In this document: positions 43,268 to 47,323 of the stretch, one piece after another | Numbering within the stretch: the first letter of the stretch is position 1 | Layout: every line of letters begins with the position of its first letter | Source: Eubacteriales bacterium | Lineage (GTDB): Bacteria > Bacillota > Clostridia > Oscillospirales > CAG-272 | DNA: 47,323 bases | Assembly (NCBI GenBank): GCA_045612465.1 | Contig: JAZKZC010000092.1 | Span: 1 to 47,323 of the forward strand | Direction: 5' to 3' | Translations under genes and position numbers: made by a program | Notes under the pieces: generated by a model | What the model was told of the DNA's origin: nothing | What the model saw: only the letters and a program-made list of their open reading frames with translations | Database searches by the model: none

Positions 43268-45856
43268 ATGCAAATGGACATATTTACGAAAAGATCGCTC
43301 AAAGCGCTTCAGGATGCGCAAAGCGTTGCAAGTGAAAACGGTAATTCGCAGGTAACGTCGGAGCATTTGTTTTATGCGCTCCTTTCTCCCGCCGACGGGC
43401 TGATACGCCAGCTTTTTGAAAAGTCGGGATTTGATACGGAAGCGGTCATTCTTTCGCTTAAAAGTGTTATTGAAAATATGCCGAGAGTCAGCGGCGGCAG
43501 AGAAGCCGACAAGATTTATATATCCCCGGACTGTGACCGTGTGCTTGCGAAAAGCGAGCAGACGGCGAACAGCCAGAAGGACGATTATATTTCCGTTGAG
43601 CATATTATGCTCGCAATTTTCGATGCTCCTACCGATAAAATAAAACGCATACTCGATGAAAATAAGATAGACAGAAAGACCTTTGAAAAATCGCTTTCTG
43701 CTGTTAAAAACAGCCGTGTCACGACTGATTCACCCGAGGAAACGTACGATGCGCTCAACAAATACGGCACGGATCTCGTTGCAAGGGCAAGAGAGCAAAA
43801 GCTTGATCCCGTCATCGGACGTGACAGCGAAATACGTGACGTTGTCCGTATTCTGTCAAGAAAAACGAAAAACAATCCCGTTCTGATAGGTGAACCGGGT
43901 GTCGGTAAAACAGCGATAGCCGAGGGACTTGCACAGCGTATAATGAGAGGCGACGTCCCCGAGGGGCTGAAAAACAAAACGGTATTTTCTCTTGATATGG
44001 GCTCGCTTATCGCAGGCGCAAAGTTCAGAGGTGAGTTCGAGGAACGTCTTAAAGCTGTACTGAATGAAATCAAAAATTCCGATGGCAAAATCATTCTTTT
44101 CATCGACGAACTTCATCTGATCGTCGGCGCAGGTAAGACCGACGGCGCTATGGATGCAGGCAACATTTTAAAGCCTATGCTTGCCAGAGGCGAGCTTCAC
44201 TGTATCGGCGCGACCACGCTTGACGAGTACCGTAAGTATATCGAAAAGGATGCGGCGCTTGAACGCCGTTTTCAGCCCGTTCTGGTTGATGAACCGACGG
44301 TTGAGGACACAATTTCAATTCTCCGCGGACTTAAAGAAAAATACGAAATATTCCACGGTGTGCAGATACAGGACAGAGCGATCGTTGCCGCCGCAACGCT
44401 GTCAAACAGATATATAACCGACAGATTTCTCCCCGATAAGGCAATAGACCTTATCGACGAAGCGTGCGCTTGCATAAGAACCGAAATTGATTCTATGCCC
44501 GAGGAGCTTGACCTCTTGCGACGCAAGATAATACAGCTTGAAATTGAGGAAACGGCGCTCAAAAAGGAATCCGACAGTCTTTCAAAGGAACGGCTTGAAA
44601 AGCTCACCGAGGAGCTTTCTTCTGACAGAGAAAGATATAATGAACTCAAAAGCCGTTGGGAAAATGAGAAAACTTCCGTTGAAGATGTCAAAAAGCTGAA
44701 AGAGGAAATTGACCGTGTCAACGCACAGCTTGAAAAAGCGCAGATGAATTATGAGTATGAAACGGCATCACGCCTTCGCTATTCAACCCTGCCCGAGCTT
44801 GAAAACAAGCTGAAAACAGCACTTGAAAAGGCGGAAAAAACGAAGGGAGAAAAGCTCGTTACCGACACCGTGACAGAAGAGGAAATAACCGAGATAGTTT
44901 CAAGAAGAACGGGAATTCCCGTGTCAAAGCTTTCGGGCGGTGAACGTGAAAAAATTCTCAATCTTTCAAAAACACTTCACCAGCGTGTTGTAGGTCAGGA
45001 CGAAGCGGTGGAAAAGGTGTCGGAGGCTATAATCCGTTCACGTGCGGGCATATCCGATCCCAACCGTCCTATCGGCTCGTTTATGTTCCTCGGCCCGACG
45101 GGCGTAGGTAAAACGGAGCTTGCAAAGGCGCTTGCCGAGGCGATGTTTGATGACGAAAGCAATATGGTGCGCATCGATATGGGCGAATATATGGAGAAAT
45201 TCTCCGTTTCACGTCTTATCGGAGCGCCTCCCGGATATGTCGGATACGATGAGGGCGGTCAGCTTACCGAGGCTGTGAGAAGAAAGCCGTATTCCGTAAT
45301 ACTTTTTGACGAGATAGAAAAGGCGCACCCCGACGTTTTCAACATACTTTTGCAGGTGCTTGACGACGGAAGAATAACGGACAGCCAGGGAAGAACGGTG
45401 GATTTTAAAAACAGCGTTATCATTCTGACGTCCAATATCGGCTCGCAGTATCTGCTTGAATCGTCAAGCGACGGCGAAATATTACCCGAGGTGCGTGACG
45501 GTGTTATGGCACAGCTGCGTGCATCGTTCCGCCCCGAATTTTTGAACAGACTTGACGAAATAATCTTCTATAAGCCTTTAACACGTGAAAACATCGGTAA
45601 AATAGCCGATATACTGATGAAGCGTATAGAGCTTCGACTGAAAGAAAAGGGCTTGAGTCTTGAAATAACCGACGCGGCAAAGACGAAAATAATCAATTCG
45701 GGATATGATCCTGTGTACGGCGCAAGACCTATGAAAAGATATCTGCAGTCAAGTGTTGAAACGATACTTGCAAAGGCAATACTTTCCCGTGAGCTTAACA
45801 TCGGCGACACACTGACGGTTGATGTTGACGGTATGGGTGAGTTATATGTGAAATAG
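43268..45856 (+). CDS. clpB: ATP-dependent chaperone ClpB
   Basis: 862 aa with two AAA+ modules ([10 protein letters not shown] and [12 protein letters not shown]), a long coiled-coil middle domain and an N-terminal Clp repeat. Confidence 0.95.
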   Translation: MQMDIFTKRSLKALQDAQSVASENGNSQVTSEHLFYALLSPADGLIRQLFEKSGFDTEAVILSLKSVIENMPRVSGGREADKIYISPDCDRVLAKSEQTANSQKDDYISVEHIMLAIFDAPTDKIKRILDENKIDRKTFEKSLSAVKNSRVTTDSPEETYDALNKYGTDLVARAREQKLDPVIGRDSEIRDVVRILSRKTKNNPVLIGEPGVGKTAIAEGLAQRIMRGDVPEGLKNKTVFSLDMGSLIAGAKFRGEFEERLKAVLNEIKNSDGKIILFIDELHLIVGAGKTDGAMDAGNILKPMLARGELHCIGATTLDEYRKYIEKDAALERRFQPVLVDEPTVEDTISILRGLKEKYEIFHGVQIQDRAIVAAATLSNRYITDRFLPDKAIDLIDEACACIRTEIDSMPEELDLLRRKIIQLEIEETALKKESDSLSKERLEKLTEELSSDRERYNELKSRWENEKTSVEDVKKLKEEIDRVNAQLEKAQMNYEYETASRLRYSTLPELENKLKTALEKAEKTKGEKLVTDTVTEEEITEIVSRRTGIPVSKLSGGEREKILNLSKTLHQRVVGQDEAVEKVSEAIIRSRAGISDPNRPIGSFMFLGPTGVGKTELAKALAEAMFDDESNMVRIDMGEYMEKFSVSRLIGAPPGYVGYDEGGQLTEAVRRKPYSVILFDEIEKAHPDVFNILLQVLDDGRITDSQGRTVDFKNSVIILTSNIGSQYLLESSSDGEILPEVRDGVMAQLRASFRPEFLNRLDEIIFYKPLTRENIGKIADILMKRIELRLKEKGLSLEITDAAKTKIINSGYDPVYGARPMKRYLQSSVETILAKAILSRELNIGDTLTVDVDGMGELYVK

Positions 45857-45860
45857 AATT

Positions 45861-45897
45861 AAAAGAGTAAAACGCACGTCGTTTTACTCTTTTAATT
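45861..45897 (+). terminator. Rho-independent terminator of clpB
   Basis: A 14-bp stem, AAAAGAGTAAAACG / CGTTTTACTCTTTT, with a T-tail. Confidence 0.8.
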
Positions 45898-46053
45898 ATT
45901 TTAACTATAAGTGTACGAATTTAGAATAAATATGAACCGAATTTTCCTTTTTGTTAATAATAGATTTAAGAAAAGTTGATGATATAAAATGTACAATTTG
46001 ATATTATATAAATGGATATTTTTTGTATATTATTTATAGACAAAGGAGAAAAA

Positions 46054-47323
46054 ATGAAACGTTTACTTGCACATTTACTTTGTATCTGTATGGTATTCAC
46101 GCTTGCGGCGGCTGTTATGCCGTATGAGGCTGATGCCGTATCGTATTCAGGTTCAGCGTCGTATATGTCAGGCCCTTACTATGCCGCATTGACGGGCGTT
46201 AAGCTTACGGGTAATGAAAGACGTGACATCGTCAACGTTGCCAAAACACAGATAGGTTACCAGGAGGGTAACAACTCTTCACAGCTTTCGGGTACGGTTC
46301 AGGGCTCGAACAACTATACGGAGTACGGCCGTTGGTACACAGCGCACAAGGGTACATCTTATAACCACATTTCTTCACAGTGGTGCGCGATGTTCGTTTC
46401 GTGGTGCGCATACAATGCGGGCATTCCGCAGAGCATCATTTCGTGTCAGCAGTACACGGAAGACCAGGTAAGACCGTTTAAAAACCAGGGCAGAGCGCAC
46501 AGATGGTCTGAAATACAGTCCGGCGCATATTCTCCCCAAGCCGGCGACATCGTATTCTTCCTGTCATCAAGCGGTGCGGCAAGCGGTAGAACAGTTAACC
46601 ACGTAGGTATCGTATCAGGCTGGGACGGCAGAACACTTTACACCATTGAAGGTAACACAAGCTCCGCTTACTTTACAACAAACGGCGGTTGTGCATCCGA
46701 TAAGACATACGATATTACAAGTACATACATCGCATACATTTGCGAACCCGCTTACGTGAATTCCGATCCCATTCCCGAAGAAGTACGCACGGTGCTTTTC
46801 GATGCGGAATATTATGCGGATTATTACACAGACCTTCGCGAAAACATCGGTACTGACGCAGAAGCTCTTTACGACCACTTCATAATGAACGGTATGAAAG
46901 AGGGAAGACGTGCAAGCGCAATATTTGATGTAAGATATTATCTCAGCGCAAATGCTGACCTCAAGGCGGCATTCGGCGACAACTACGAAGCCGCATTCAA
47001 TCACTTCATTGATTCGGGTTGTAAAGAACCCCGTTATACAGCCGAGGGCGAGGATATCGGAACAAAATTCTTTGCAAAGATAAATTATCCCTCCGCAGGA
47101 CTTTGCGTAGCACCTGCAGGAGATAACGTAGTCACGGCAACACCTGTTTCGGGTACTGAACAGCTTTGGTTCTTCGAAAGAAACAGCGACGGAAGCTACG
47201 TTATAACAAGCTATTCGACGGGCAAGGTATTGACCGTTGAAAACAGCTCGTACGAAAAGGAAGCGAATATCGGCGTAACGACGAAAAACGGTTCAAGCGC
47301 TCAGAAGTCGGAGGCCAAGCGGT
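46054..47323 (+). CDS. Secreted CHAP-domain protein with a C-terminal ricin-B-like lectin region; the 3' end runs off the right window edge
   Basis: Absent from the track because there is no stop in the window. The ATG at 46054 follows AAAGGAGAA. Hand translation gives MKRLLAHLLCICMVFTLAAAVMPYEADA...SSQWCAMFVSWCAYNAGIP...GDIVFF...NHVGIVSG...YTIEGNTS. These are the CHAP Cys/His motifs. Later comes EQLWFFERNSDGSYVITSYSTGKVLTVEN, which is Q-x-W lectin-like. Confidence 0.8.
   Translation, partial: MKRLLAHLLCICMVFTLAAAVMPYEADAVSYSGSASYMSGPYYAALTGVKLTGNERRDIVNVAKTQIGYQEGNNSSQLSGTVQGSNNYTEYGRWYTAHKGTSYNHISSQWCAMFVSWCAYNAGIPQSIISCQQYTEDQVRPFKNQGRAHRWSEIQSGAYSPQAGDIVFFLSSSGAASGRTVNHVGIVSGWDGRTLYTIEGNTSSAYFTTNGGCASDKTYDITSTYIAYICEPAYVNSDPIPEEVRTVLFDAEYYADYYTDLRENIGTDAEALYDHFIMNGMKEGRRASAIFDVRYYLSANADLKAAFGDNYEAAFNHFIDSGCKEPRYTAEGEDIGTKFFAKINYPSAGLCVAPAGDNVVTATPVSGTEQLWFFERNSDGSYVITSYSTGKVLTVENSSYEKEANIGVTTKNGSSAQKSEAKR

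Noticed and set aside
1-47323. Search for CRISPR arrays, integrase/transposase genes, rRNA and intact tRNA
   Set aside because: I saw no regularly spaced direct repeats, no recombinase or transposase motifs in any listed ORF, and no rRNA-like or complete tRNA sequence. The island's recombinase, if any, must lie outside the window.

Overview
The window looks like a low-GC Firmicute (Clostridia-like) chromosome. That assignment is inferred from gene content: a T-box leader, an aspS-gatCAB operon, sortase pili, LPXTG proteins and ClpB. All domain calls rest on motifs I read in the translations; no searches were run.

The window has two parts.

(1) Positions 1 to about 15700 form a visibly AT-rich accessory or defence island, with every gene on the minus strand.
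- A consensus sigma-A promoter with an inverted-repeat operator sits at about 13358-13410.
- Behind it lies an almost gapless array: an XRE-HTH::DUF3990 fusion, a 138-aa partner, a DUF262/DUF1524 (GmrSD-like) enzyme, then hsdR, hsdM and hsdS.
- The array continues with four uncharacterised genes: an HTH-less ImmA/IrrE Zn-peptidase, an AbiTii-like tail-anchored membrane protein, a DUF3800 protein, and a large sacsin/Hsp90-like GHKL ATPase.
- The ATPase ORF runs off the left edge, so it is missing from the supplied ORF track; I translated it by hand.
- I consider this four-gene cassette the best candidate for an undescribed defence system. The HTH::DUF3990 pair is second.
- The right border of the island carries a separate metallophosphoesterase gene and a GC-rich trio of small excisionase-like HTH genes, one without a start codon.
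- The border also has tandem 10-bp repeats and an orphan tRNA 3' fragment (T-arm, acceptor, CCA) followed by a terminator. This looks like an att-type junction.

(2) Positions 15700-47323 are core-like.
- Individual genes include a cyclase/formamidase-like protein, a thioester-domain LPXTG adhesin, and a PHP phosphoesterase.
- A sortase-pilus locus contains a signal peptidase I, a 1456-aa tip adhesin, a major pilin, a class C sortase, a minor pilin and a second sortase.
- Next come an asparaginase-family protein and an AT-rich XRE plus pyruvyl-transferase islet.
- A T-box-controlled aspS-gatC-gatA-gatB operon follows. Its GatA has lost the amidase-signature catalytic residues.
- The remainder holds a 907-aa secreted beta-helix protein with a 47-aa trailing ORF, a double GNAT, an RHH-like gene coupled to clpB, and a CHAP plus ricin-like secreted protein truncated at the right edge.

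I found no CRISPR array, rRNA, intact tRNA, integrase or transposase.
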